Assembly: GCA_016933575.1 (NCBI GenBank)
Contig: JAFGAR010000040.1
Location: 1-64,000, forward strand
Source of the DNA: Candidatus Thorarchaeota archaeon
GTDB lineage: Archaea > Asgardarchaeota > Thorarchaeia > Thorarchaeales > Thorarchaeaceae
Length of the DNA: 64,000 nt
Direction of reading: 5' to 3'
Both the position numbers and the translations under genes were made by a program. Below are positions 54,321 to 63,732 of this stretch, piece by piece; positions within the stretch are counted from its first letter, which is position 1, and each line of letters begins with the position of its first letter. The notes beneath the pieces were generated by a model that was not told the origin of the DNA, searched no databases, and worked only from the letters and a program-made list of their open reading frames with translations.

Positions 54321-54449
54321 AGTATGTTCCCCATAGTCATCATTATGATTCATTAGAACATGGTCCCTTTAAAGAACACAGGTCAGATACCATTCAACAT
54401 AGGGAAGGATGTAAAAGTACCATTATCACCAGACCAACTTCGTAGGAAA

Positions 54450-55835
54450 ATGGCGATTCAAATTCAGCAAAATATCTGTAACACAGTAGTATGCAATAGT
54501 CAATGTCTGATGGCTTGTATGAGAGTACACGGCGATAATCCGCCATTAACAATACAATCTGATCTAGCTTTTCCAGTCATCGACTATAATCGTTGCACGA
54601 GTTGCTTTGCCTGTGGTCGTGCTTGCCCCCTTGATGCAATAGTCATAGGAGACCGTGGATTGGTATCTACTAAGAGGATTACTACTGAATTCGATAGGAC
54701 TGAAAACAGTACTCTCTCGAAACGCCCCTATGAAGTTGCGGATTCTTATTCAAGCATGTCAGAGGCAGATACTATATTCGCACGAGTACAGCTGGATACA
54801 GAATTTGAGTACTATCACCAAACTGAATTTTCTGGTGCTCAAAAAATGATATCTAAACAGATTCCTGGATATGGTCGTTTTGAACATGAACTGAGTGTAG
54901 CCGCTTGGAAATTGTACGACTCACGTCATTCAATAAAACGCCCAGGTATTGGTCTTGATCCTAATGCTGAAGAGATTGGGAAGAGAATCGATTCAAATTC
55001 AGAAGAGCTCACAGAGATGGTCAAACGAGCAGCTCTATTCCTTGGAGCTGATATGGTCGGAATTGCAGAGCTCGATAGAAATTGGCTTTACACGCATAAT
55101 AGACAGGGTGAACCCTATGATATCCCTCTGACATTTGCTAGAGTTATAGTCATGCCAATAGAGATGGATTATGATGCAATTGCTACATCTCCATCCTTTA
55201 CAAGCGCCGCAGCCACAGGACTTGGTTATTCGATGATGGCATTTGTTGAGGCAGAATTAGTATCATTCATACACAGAATGGGGTATAATGCTATCACTTG
55301 TGGGAATGATATCGGTTTGAGTGTACCTATGGCAATTGATGCTGGTCTTGGTCAGTATGGTCGCCATGGTCTACTCATAACAAAACCCTACGGCCCCCGT
55401 GTTCGAATTGCTAAGGTTCTCACTGATATGCCCCTCTTGACAGATTCGCCTGATGAAGACTTCTGTAAGGCTGTAATCAAGTTCTGTGAAACATGCGAGA
55501 AGTGTGCTCATACATGCCCTTCTCAAGCAATCCCCTATGGAAAAGAGCAAACATGGGAAGGTAAGACCAAGTCCAATAATCCTGGTATCAAGAAGTGGTT
55601 TGTAGATGTAGAGCGATGTTATGGCTTTTGGATTGAAAATGGCTCCGAGTGCTCGAACTGCGTGAGATCCTGTCCATATAACAAGAGAGATGGATTCCTA
55701 CACAGAACTATTATGTGGGTAGTTCAACATATGCCTTGGTTGAACCCTCTTGTAGTAAAAATGGATGACCTTGTTGGATACGGTAAACAACGAGATGGAA
55801 GAGGATTCTGGCGGAAATTCAACTATGAGATTTAA
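54450..55835 (+). CDS. rdhA: Reductive dehalogenase (RdhA-like) without Tat signal, with an N-terminal 2[4Fe-4S] domain
   Basis: VKRAALFLGADMVGIAELD..W.Y, AIDAGLGQYGRHG, GPRVR, TDMPL, FCETCEKCA..CP, C..CSNCVRSCP. Confidence 0.88.
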   Translation: MAIQIQQNICNTVVCNSQCLMACMRVHGDNPPLTIQSDLAFPVIDYNRCTSCFACGRACPLDAIVIGDRGLVSTKRITTEFDRTENSTLSKRPYEVADSYSSMSEADTIFARVQLDTEFEYYHQTEFSGAQKMISKQIPGYGRFEHELSVAAWKLYDSRHSIKRPGIGLDPNAEEIGKRIDSNSEELTEMVKRAALFLGADMVGIAELDRNWLYTHNRQGEPYDIPLTFARVIVMPIEMDYDAIATSPSFTSAAATGLGYSMMAFVEAELVSFIHRMGYNAITCGNDIGLSVPMAIDAGLGQYGRHGLLITKPYGPRVRIAKVLTDMPLLTDSPDEDFCKAVIKFCETCEKCAHTCPSQAIPYGKEQTWEGKTKSNNPGIKKWFVDVERCYGFWIENGSECSNCVRSCPYNKRDGFLHRTIMWVVQHMPWLNPLVVKMDDLVGYGKQRDGRGFWRKFNYEI

Positions 55836-55919
55836 TTATTCTTGAAAAATCGAAAAGTAATACAATATGATTTAACATATACATCATCATTGAATGTTGC
55901 ATATTGGAGTCTGGTGACT

Positions 55920-57386
55920 ATGCCAACTACTCAGAAAAATCCTAGGAAACGGGAACAGAAAGACAAGTTAACATTGTCCTTGGGTGGCATATTACCATTA
56001 GACGAGGTTTTGCTTGATGCTATTGTGAATGGTTCGCATGAGGGAATAGCTGTAATCGGAGATGACTTCAAGTTACTCTATGTAAACGATCAATGCTGCA
56101 AGGTGTTTGGGGGGACTAGGGATGAGTTAATTGGGTATGATTTTCGACAATTCATCAACGAGGATTCCCTGAAGACTGTCACACAGAGATATCTGCAGAG
56201 GCGTTCGGGAAAGCGAGTTCCAGATACTTATCCCATCCATCTGACGCGAAAGGATGGAAGTACAGTAACGGTTGAAGGTATAGTTGACATTACAACGGCT
56301 CTTGATGGCACTACTCTGACGATTGCACATGTTCTTGATATTACACCAATTCAGAGAGGTCAAGAATTACTTGAACAATCTGAAACAAGATATCAGATAC
56401 TCGTTGAAACGATGAATGATGGTCTGGCTATCGATGACCGAAAGGGGAATATAACATATGCAAACCGAGCATTCTGTCGTATGCTCAACTGCTCTGAAAC
56501 TGATATCATAGGAAAACCATGGGTGAATTTTACAACTAATATTGATGAGGAGAGTATTAAGAGGAAAATTGATGAACGCCGCACAGGCATATCAGAACGC
56601 TATGAACTGACTTGGAAAAGTTCGACTGGCGAGTTAGTACCAACAATTGTTTCTGCAACGCCGCTCTTTGATCGTTCTGGTGATTTTATCGGTACTTTTG
56701 CGATAGTGACAGAGATAACAGCACAAAAAGACGCAGAAGAAACTATTCAATTCTATCTTGACCTTCTATCTCATGATGTTACGAATCAACTGCAGGTCAT
56801 TATGACAAGTAGCGGTCTCTTAGAGGAGGAGGTGCCTCAATCATATATTGCTGATGCTCGAAATGATATACTGGAAGCTGTTGAAAGGTGCAATAGGCTT
56901 ATCACAAAGGTGAAGCGTGCAGCTCAGATTCGGCAGATCCCAATTTCGATCGTGGAACTATCGCAGATTCTTAATGAACGAATTTTAGTTCTTGAGAAGG
57001 TCTACGGTGCAAAAGTGCACCAGCAGGGGATAAAGAAGAAAGTGCTGGTCGAAGCGGATGTTCTACTTGGGGAGCTAATCTGGAACCTCCTTGAGAATGC
57101 AGCACGCCACAATCCAACAGAAAACAAAGAGATTTGGATATCTGTAGAGCCCCTAAAGGATGTAGTCCGGATTGCCATATCAGACAATGGACCTGGATTA
57201 AGTGACTCTCGAAAGACTGTACTCTTTACTGAGCGGAAGCATGGTGGTGGAGTTGGTCTTAGACTCGTGCGTCAGATGATTCGAAAGTATGGTGGTATGA
57301 TTGAAGTTACAGACAGAGTCAAGGACAATCCAAGTGAAGGCTTGAAATTCATAGTCACTCTGAGAAAAACACAGAAATCAAAATAG
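55920..57386 (+). CDS. Cytoplasmic PAS-PAS sensor histidine kinase
   Basis: Two PAS/PAC domains; H-box LLSHDVTNQL; N-box NLLENA; DNGPG; GGGVGL. Confidence 0.92.
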   Translation: MPTTQKNPRKREQKDKLTLSLGGILPLDEVLLDAIVNGSHEGIAVIGDDFKLLYVNDQCCKVFGGTRDELIGYDFRQFINEDSLKTVTQRYLQRRSGKRVPDTYPIHLTRKDGSTVTVEGIVDITTALDGTTLTIAHVLDITPIQRGQELLEQSETRYQILVETMNDGLAIDDRKGNITYANRAFCRMLNCSETDIIGKPWVNFTTNIDEESIKRKIDERRTGISERYELTWKSSTGELVPTIVSATPLFDRSGDFIGTFAIVTEITAQKDAEETIQFYLDLLSHDVTNQLQVIMTSSGLLEEEVPQSYIADARNDILEAVERCNRLITKVKRAAQIRQIPISIVELSQILNERILVLEKVYGAKVHQQGIKKKVLVEADVLLGELIWNLLENAARHNPTENKEIWISVEPLKDVVRIAISDNGPGLSDSRKTVLFTERKHGGGVGLRLVRQMIRKYGGMIEVTDRVKDNPSEGLKFIVTLRKTQKSK

Positions 57387-57395
57387 AAATCAATC

Positions 57396-57683
57396 TCAGG
57401 TCTTATTCTGAATTCTCTGGTACAATCCTTCAAAGAAATCCTTCTTCTTGATTTTTCCTTCGTTTATCTTGAAGAAATTGGTTTTGATACGATATAATCT
57501 TCTCTTCACTTGTTCATACTCTTTGATGCTTTTTTTTCCAACAACACTATCAATGACTTCAGTTACTGCTTCTGGAAAATTGTCAATATATTGACACTGC
57601 TTTATTTGAATATGAAAAAGGGTACTTTGTAGAATATCTGTTCTAGAGATACATCTGTTTTCCATTGCGCACGGTCCCCACAT
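57396..57683 (-). CDS. Possible short hypothetical protein or gene remnant
   Basis: 95-aa Lys-rich ORF filling an otherwise empty AT-rich gap; no recognisable motif. Confidence 0.3.
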   Translation of the reverse strand: MWGPCAMENRCISRTDILQSTLFHIQIKQCQYIDNFPEAVTEVIDSVVGKKSIKEYEQVKRRLYRIKTNFFKINEGKIKKKDFFEGLYQRIQNKT

Positions 57684-57821
57684 TGTAGGAATGTAATTTT
57701 TCTAATAAAAGTTCTAATAATTCTCACACAGCATCTAGTAAATACATTCGCGCGTTTTCATGGTGAACAGCGTTGGAGTTTTAACATGCAATGCACATGT
57801 AAACTTCGAGTCTGTTTTAAA

Positions 57822-58517
57822 ATGAGAATTGCCTCTGTTATTGACATCAGTTTGGTTGATGTTCCAAAAATCCCTGTTACCGTATTATTTACTGCAGGAT
57901 GTAATATGGACTGTCCCTATTGTCAGAATGCTGAGATTATTCCTCTGGATAGTGGTTCGGAGATGTCCATTCCCCATATTGTAGAACGTGTAAGAGGCAA
58001 TCTAAGCGATGGATACTGCATCACTGGTGGTGAGCCTACAATACATCGCGATCTCCCTGAGCTTGTACAAGCATTAAGAGAGGACGGTGCCGGTCACATT
58101 AACCTTAACACACAAGGATCAGTTCCAGACGTGTTGAGAAAGTGCCTTCCTTTCCTAGATTCTGTTTGGTTTGATTTCAAGACTGTCCCATCAAGGTATG
58201 CTGAGATAACACGTACTAAGAGTGACCCGTGGCCAAGAGTAATGAAGAGCATAGAATTGCTTGTATCCTCCAATGTTTCGTTCTGGCCACGAACAACTTA
58301 CGTGGGGAATCTCATGAATTCTGAAGAGATTCTTCAAATCTCCCAAGAACTAGCTCAGATGGGGTTTAGAGGAGAATATTTGGTACAGAACTACAAACGT
58401 TCTTCAGGAACTCGAGAAAGTCATGTTGTTGGTTTCGTGGAACCAGAACGAGACGAGATTGAATCATTGATAGATAAAGTACCATCACAAATTTCATTGA
58501 AACTTGAATGGCGCTGA
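57822..58517 (+). CDS. nrdG: Anaerobic RNR activating radical SAM protein
   Basis: SLVDVP..VLFTAGCNMDCPYCQN, ITGGEPT, LNTQGS; nrdD present in the window. Confidence 0.8.
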   Translation: MRIASVIDISLVDVPKIPVTVLFTAGCNMDCPYCQNAEIIPLDSGSEMSIPHIVERVRGNLSDGYCITGGEPTIHRDLPELVQALREDGAGHINLNTQGSVPDVLRKCLPFLDSVWFDFKTVPSRYAEITRTKSDPWPRVMKSIELLVSSNVSFWPRTTYVGNLMNSEEILQISQELAQMGFRGEYLVQNYKRSSGTRESHVVGFVEPERDEIESLIDKVPSQISLKLEWR

Positions 58518-58620
58518 GACCAAGAGCTAACACACAGACAACCTTTTAAACGCCGTAGAGGTGACCTTGATTTGACCACGCCAGAATCTAGGTGTATATC
58601 TCCTGGAGTGTTGTCTTATC

Positions 58621-59352
58621 ATGTTTCCAACACAAAGTATGGGCTACGACCGAGCAATCACTGTGTTCAGCCCTGAAGGACGATTATATCAAGTAGAGTA
58701 TGCTACAGAAGCAGTTCGCCATGGGCCTCTCGCTGTTGGGGTCAAGGCAGTCGATGGTGTCGTATTGGCTGGCGAGAAAAGATCGCCTCACGCACTTGCT
58801 GATCTTGATACCCTGAAGAAGCTCCTATTGATCGATGATCACATCGGTACTGCTATTGCTGGTCTTCATGCTGATGCAAGAAAACTCATTGACCAAGCAA
58901 GAGTCCAGTCACAAATCAATAGACTGAGCTATGATGAGCCAATCTCCATTCAGTCATTGGTCGTCAATATCTGTGATACCAAACAGCAGTATACTCAATA
59001 TGGTGGAGTTCGCCCCTTCGGAGTTTCACTACTTGTGGCTGGTGTAGATGATCATGGACCCCAACTCTATACAACTGACCCATCTGGTTCATTCTGGGGT
59101 TGGAAAGCAGCAGCTATTGGTAAGGAAGCAGACGTTGTTCGTGATTTCTTCAGTGAAAACTACAAGAACAATCTAAAACTTGAGGCAGCACAGACTCTTG
59201 CACTCAAAGGTCTCTTAAGGTCTGAGGATCTCAGTTCAATTGATTCTGCTGAGAGAGCAAAGACAATCGAGATTGGCAAGATAAGCACCACTGACAATAT
59301 GTTCAGAATTCTCGCACAGGAAGAGGTTGAAACTATCCTCTCAGCGCTGTAG
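58621..59352 (+). CDS. psmA: Proteasome alpha subunit
   Basis: YDRAITVFSPEGRLYQVEYA, GLHADAR, YTQYGGVRPFGVS, TDPSG. Confidence 0.95.
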   Translation: MFPTQSMGYDRAITVFSPEGRLYQVEYATEAVRHGPLAVGVKAVDGVVLAGEKRSPHALADLDTLKKLLLIDDHIGTAIAGLHADARKLIDQARVQSQINRLSYDEPISIQSLVVNICDTKQQYTQYGGVRPFGVSLLVAGVDDHGPQLYTTDPSGSFWGWKAAAIGKEADVVRDFFSENYKNNLKLEAAQTLALKGLLRSEDLSSIDSAERAKTIEIGKISTTDNMFRILAQEEVETILSAL

Positions 59353-59387
59353 TTGAGTTGGAATCAGCTTCTTCTTTCTTCTTCTTT

Positions 59388-60284
59388 TTATTTCTTAGAG
59401 CACTCAACCAGTCTATCCACAATTAGTGCAGCTATATCTAATCCTGTGACACGTGCTAATGCACTCCATGATGGTGCTGCATTTGCTTCAATTACACAAG
59501 GCCCATTTGGTGATTCGATGATATCTATTCCAGTATAATCAAGTCCCAGTACTTCTGCAGCCTTGATAGCACATTCTTCGTATTCTGGAAGGAGTTCTGT
59601 GAGCTCTGCCTCTCCTCCTCCATGGACATTGGTGCGCCACTCACCCTCTACTCCCTTGGGAAGATATCGATACATTGCCCCCACAAGTTGACCTCCAATG
59701 ACAAAGGCTCTGATATCTCTGTCAGGTTTTTCTATCATCTCTTGAACATAGAGAACCTGTCCAAGTTGGTGAATGAATTTCATAGCTCGATAAGTCAGTT
59801 CTCGATGTTCTGCACGAATTGCACCCATCCCCCTTGCTCCGATGAGCGGTTTAATCACAACATCTCCTACTTCCTCTGTGAACTTGATAGCTGCCTCGAG
59901 ATTTTCACCAATGAATGTTCTTGGGACTAGAATTCCTGCCTTATTGAGAGCTGTCAATGTGGCATACTTGTCCTTTGCTCTTCTGAACGAGTATGCTGGG
60001 TTCATTACATAGATACCAGCGTCCTCGAAGTGCTCAAGTAGACTGATTCTATAGGTTATTTGATCCCCAGTTCCAAATCCTATCGTTCTCACCAAGACTC
60101 CATCCATATTGGATACATCTTCTTCATCAAGGTACATGAATTTGTTAGGAATCTCTGCAGATACATCCGGCAACCGAAATGGCTTAGGGACGTGACCTTT
60201 TGCCTTCATTGCATCAATCAGACTTGCTGTTGCCCAGTTGTTTATGTTCTCATGATAAACAACACCAAATAGACGGTTCTTCAA
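59388..60284 (-). CDS. RimK-family ATP-grasp alpha-L-glutamate ligase (MptN/CofF-like)
   Basis: AKDKY, KPLIGARG.G, YVQE, DIRAFV, WRTNV, IEANAAP. Confidence 0.88.
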   Translation of the reverse strand: MKNRLFGVVYHENINNWATASLIDAMKAKGHVPKPFRLPDVSAEIPNKFMYLDEEDVSNMDGVLVRTIGFGTGDQITYRISLLEHFEDAGIYVMNPAYSFRRAKDKYATLTALNKAGILVPRTFIGENLEAAIKFTEEVGDVVIKPLIGARGMGAIRAEHRELTYRAMKFIHQLGQVLYVQEMIEKPDRDIRAFVIGGQLVGAMYRYLPKGVEGEWRTNVHGGGEAELTELLPEYEECAIKAAEVLGLDYTGIDIIESPNGPCVIEANAAPSWSALARVTGLDIAALIVDRLVECSKK

Positions 60285-60460
60285 TGATAATAACCTCTGA
60301 TTTCAGTATCTAACCTGCACTTTGCTTGGTTAAAAGACCTATCCACTCACAGATTATTGAACTATTCCTTTTCACTAGAATTTTCAATGATTCGCCGAAG
60401 ATAAGCGTTAAGTACAATTCATCGTTGAGATTCTCAGACCTATTAAAGCAGGTGTGTTGT

Positions 60461-61465
60461 TTGATTAACAGGCTTGTTGAACTTGCTGACGAATTGGCAC
60501 AGAAAAGGAAACAAGATCCAGAACTCTTGAACAGAATGGAGATTGCATCTCAAGGACAGTCACCTGGATTTCTTCTAATATCACCCATCAACAGAAGTTC
60601 ACAAGACCTTCAACTATTTGGTATGCTTACTGGTGATGCATTTCATGGAACTAGAGTGCCAAGAATGCCAATCCTTACTCCAGAGCTATCTCCTGTCCTG
60701 TTCAAAGGACCTGCTTCATATAACCGAGTTTTTCCAAAAAAGCGTGGTGTGATTCTCACATTTGAGCATGACGAGTCAGATGAAGTTGTTAAGGACTCAC
60801 TTGAAAATCTCACACTACATCCAGATTTGAAAGGCGTACCTATCAGTGCATTTCATGTAGACTATGAAACTGGTCGCGCTCGTATTGTTGTTCATGGAAA
60901 AGGTAGAAGCTATGAGAATGAGAGCTGGTTACTTCGACGTTTGAAATGTCCGGAGTCTGTCGATACTAACACACTTGTTCTGATCTGTTCTGACTCTCGA
61001 GTACAACCTCCAGTCACCCCTGAAGGTCTTCCTATGGCAATTCAGACACTTGGTGGATATCTTCCCAGATTCAGTGGAGTCAATGATGAGACCCATCAAC
61101 TGAGTACTTTTTTCAAAGGATGGCTAACAGAAGAGTCTGACAAACACATTCTAATCATCGCCCACGGGAATTTCAAAGATGAAGGACCATCCTGTGGTGC
61201 AGCTACTGCTTCTCTAAATCCTGATGAAGTTCCGAATCCAATACTTCGTCCAATAATTATGGAACTCCAACAAGCAGCATTGCCTTATGAATCTCGCAAA
61301 CCCGAAATCCCCGAGGATCGAGTAAAGTCATTATCACTAGCGATTAAGGAGAACTTGCTCTCCTATCGAAGCGTACAAGTGTATCATGAAATCCACCCCG
61401 AAGGTTTCATCGATATCTTATTGATGGATACAGTGAGTAACGTGTTATCGACCGCTGAAATCTAG
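60461..61465 (+). CDS. Beta-carbonic anhydrase-like protein with a degenerate N-terminal repeat
   Basis: C-terminal CSDSR..HG..CGA zinc motif; N-terminal SQGQSPGFLLI without metal ligands. Confidence 0.65.
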   Translation: MINRLVELADELAQKRKQDPELLNRMEIASQGQSPGFLLISPINRSSQDLQLFGMLTGDAFHGTRVPRMPILTPELSPVLFKGPASYNRVFPKKRGVILTFEHDESDEVVKDSLENLTLHPDLKGVPISAFHVDYETGRARIVVHGKGRSYENESWLLRRLKCPESVDTNTLVLICSDSRVQPPVTPEGLPMAIQTLGGYLPRFSGVNDETHQLSTFFKGWLTEESDKHILIIAHGNFKDEGPSCGAATASLNPDEVPNPILRPIIMELQQAALPYESRKPEIPEDRVKSLSLAIKENLLSYRSVQVYHEIHPEGFIDILLMDTVSNVLSTAEI

Positions 61466-61469
61466 CTCA

Positions 61470-62135
61470 TCAATAGATTCCTCGATATGAAACTACGATA
61501 TCTTGAAACTGCTCAAAATCAAGAATAAACGAGTTGAATTTGAATACTGGTACAACTGGCACACCATCATGGAGTTCTAACTCCTCTACTAGCCATGTTA
61601 CAATAATCGGAATTATCTCATACTCACCACGATTCATCGACCCAATTCTCTTGGAGAGTTGATCGAATTGGGACGTGAGTCTATATGTTCTCTCCTTCTG
61701 TTTTTCAGCAGCCTTACGTAAGGCATTTGATTTGCCGCCTCGAATACCCCACATTTTGGCATCGACAGCAAGAATGGTCTTTCCTCTTCTCCCTACAACA
61801 TCTATTTCCATTCCTTGGATTGTATCCGTACCTTTTCTTCTAAAACTCTCGGTACACCTGAAACCATTTTCTGTCAGTATTCCTGCTACTAATCCCTCGA
61901 AATCCTTCCAGGTCAATAATTCGATGATCTCTCCAATAGCCACACCTTTCTCAACAAGCGTCATAGCGATGGAGATACGTTTCTCTCTATCAACAGAAAT
62001 CTGTCCCTCTACATTTCTTTGGAGACCTAGGTCTAGGATAACATCTGAATTGATATGTTCATTTTCTGAAACAATATTACTATCTGTTGTTTCTTTGAGA
62101 ATATCCAGTGCCGTTTTTATGAAATTGGAGCTCAT
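61470..62135 (-). CDS. Mrr-like PD-(D/E)xK endonuclease domain protein
   Basis: LTWKDFEGLVA, EIDVVG, VDAKMW. Confidence 0.8.
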   Translation of the reverse strand: MSSNFIKTALDILKETTDSNIVSENEHINSDVILDLGLQRNVEGQISVDREKRISIAMTLVEKGVAIGEIIELLTWKDFEGLVAGILTENGFRCTESFRRKGTDTIQGMEIDVVGRRGKTILAVDAKMWGIRGGKSNALRKAAEKQKERTYRLTSQFDQLSKRIGSMNRGEYEIIPIIVTWLVEELELHDGVPVVPVFKFNSFILDFEQFQDIVVSYRGIY

Positions 62136-62198
62136 GCTATTTTATTTCTATCGCGTTAGTTTATAACCTCAATTGATAACACAAGGTTTGGTGGATTC

Positions 62199-62690
62199 AT
62201 GTCTGAAGAGGAATTTGGCTGGAAGCGGGTTCTCCAAGCATTCGATGATTGGATTTCTTATGAAGCTGAGGAATTTGGCCCCTATACTGGTTATTTCTCT
62301 CTTGAGAATCTCCGAGACCTTATGCACGTCGAGCGCCTTAGTTGGATGCACTCCATGGTTGACGAGATAATTCCTGGTCGTATTGACAAGTGTCGCGAAG
62401 CTGCAGTCGCCTTTGAAGATTTTATGCCCTACATGCCTGATCCCGATGCTAGAGAGATTGTACAATCAATGATCGAGCTAAGTCAAGTAATTGAAGATGC
62501 GATGCTAGCTATGAGTGATACAATTAGCAGTATGAAAGATGATTATGAGGAAGGGGGTATGGATGAAATCGTTACCTATCTATCTGACCTTGCTGATGGT
62601 GAGGAAAACATACGCCATCATATGAGTCTCTTTAGCCAAGGCTTTGCTAAATTGCGAAATCTAGGACTGGAGATGCCTGACATGGAATGA
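62199..62690 (+). CDS. Hypothetical acidic helical protein
   Basis: 163-aa ORF with GGTGG RBS; coding-like composition. Confidence 0.7.
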   Translation: MSEEEFGWKRVLQAFDDWISYEAEEFGPYTGYFSLENLRDLMHVERLSWMHSMVDEIIPGRIDKCREAAVAFEDFMPYMPDPDAREIVQSMIELSQVIEDAMLAMSDTISSMKDDYEEGGMDEIVTYLSDLADGEENIRHHMSLFSQGFAKLRNLGLEMPDME

Positions 62691-62774
62691 TTTGATCAAC
62701 CAAAACAATATCCGCAATTACTGCAAAAATCTTAATATCAATTGATTTGCCAGTCCCCTTCTTGAGGGGTACAT

Positions 62775-63698
62775 TTGTCCAAAAAACTAGCGTGGATTAG
62801 CAACTTCTTTTCAGTGCTATCAAAAAAGGCTCTGTTTAGATGGTTCATTTTTCTGATCTTCATTTCTGGAGTGGTTTTCATCTTTGGAAACTATGATGAA
62901 TTTAACACTCTTAGTCTATTGTTCTCATTTGTTACTAGCATGGGGTGGTTCATAGCAACTGGTCTTCCATTTGTAGTTGGAGCATCACTAGTCTTTTGCT
63001 CCAAGGAAACACAAAATAGCATTTCAGCAAAGATGAATACTGAATATCAAGTTCGATTTTCAATTGTCTTTGTTTCATATTTGATTCTCATGCTGCTTGG
63101 AAAGTAGTTATTGGGCTCTCCATGATACAGCTTCACGCAAATCGGATTTTCCCTCCCCTCTGATGACCTTTTAAAAGCGAAAGCAGGTATTGAGGACAGA
63201 AGAAAAAAAGCAATAGCCGTAACTATTACAATCATCATATTCATGTCATTTTCTTCTTATAGCTACAGTCAGATACAACAAGCAGAATCCCCGTTCGTCG
63301 TGTACGAGAGTCCTTATGGAGGAGAAACTGTCAATATTGGAGAATGGATATATGGTTCGTTCGTAGGTCAAGAACGTCCCGAATTAGATCCGTTATACAC
63401 GAAGTGTTCTGGTCAAGTCCTTAACTGGCTCTTTTCTTCAGGAAATATCACTTTCAATTTTAATTCCAAGCAACTGACAATGGTTGAATTCCTTGAATTA
63501 AACGATACTGAAATCTATGATTCATTCCATACTGGACAAAATATCCATACCACTATGGATGGAACCTTTCAAGATGCTGGAGTGGATGTTACTCAAGAAT
63601 CTGAATACATTTGGGTTCTGAGGTTCGTCGATATTAACGGAAAGACTTCAGGAACAATAGATGTTTGGTTTCAAATTTACTTGCATACATATCATTAA
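62775..63698 (+). pseudogene. Membrane protein gene interrupted by two in-frame stops (TAG 63105, TGA 63123)
   Basis: ORFs 62775..63107 and 63243..63698 share a frame; the gap translates to LLGSP*YSF..EDRRKKAIAVTITIIIF, a TM anchor for the downstream domain. Confidence 0.6.
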
Positions 63699-63732
63699 CA
63701 AGATTTAAGTCAGAATTGCTAATTATCACTAT

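Noticed and set aside
34548-62135. Restriction-modification system formed by the MTase (50231) and the PD-(D/E)xK proteins (34548, 61470)
   Set aside because: The genes are 10-15 kb apart in unrelated contexts, with no defence-island features.
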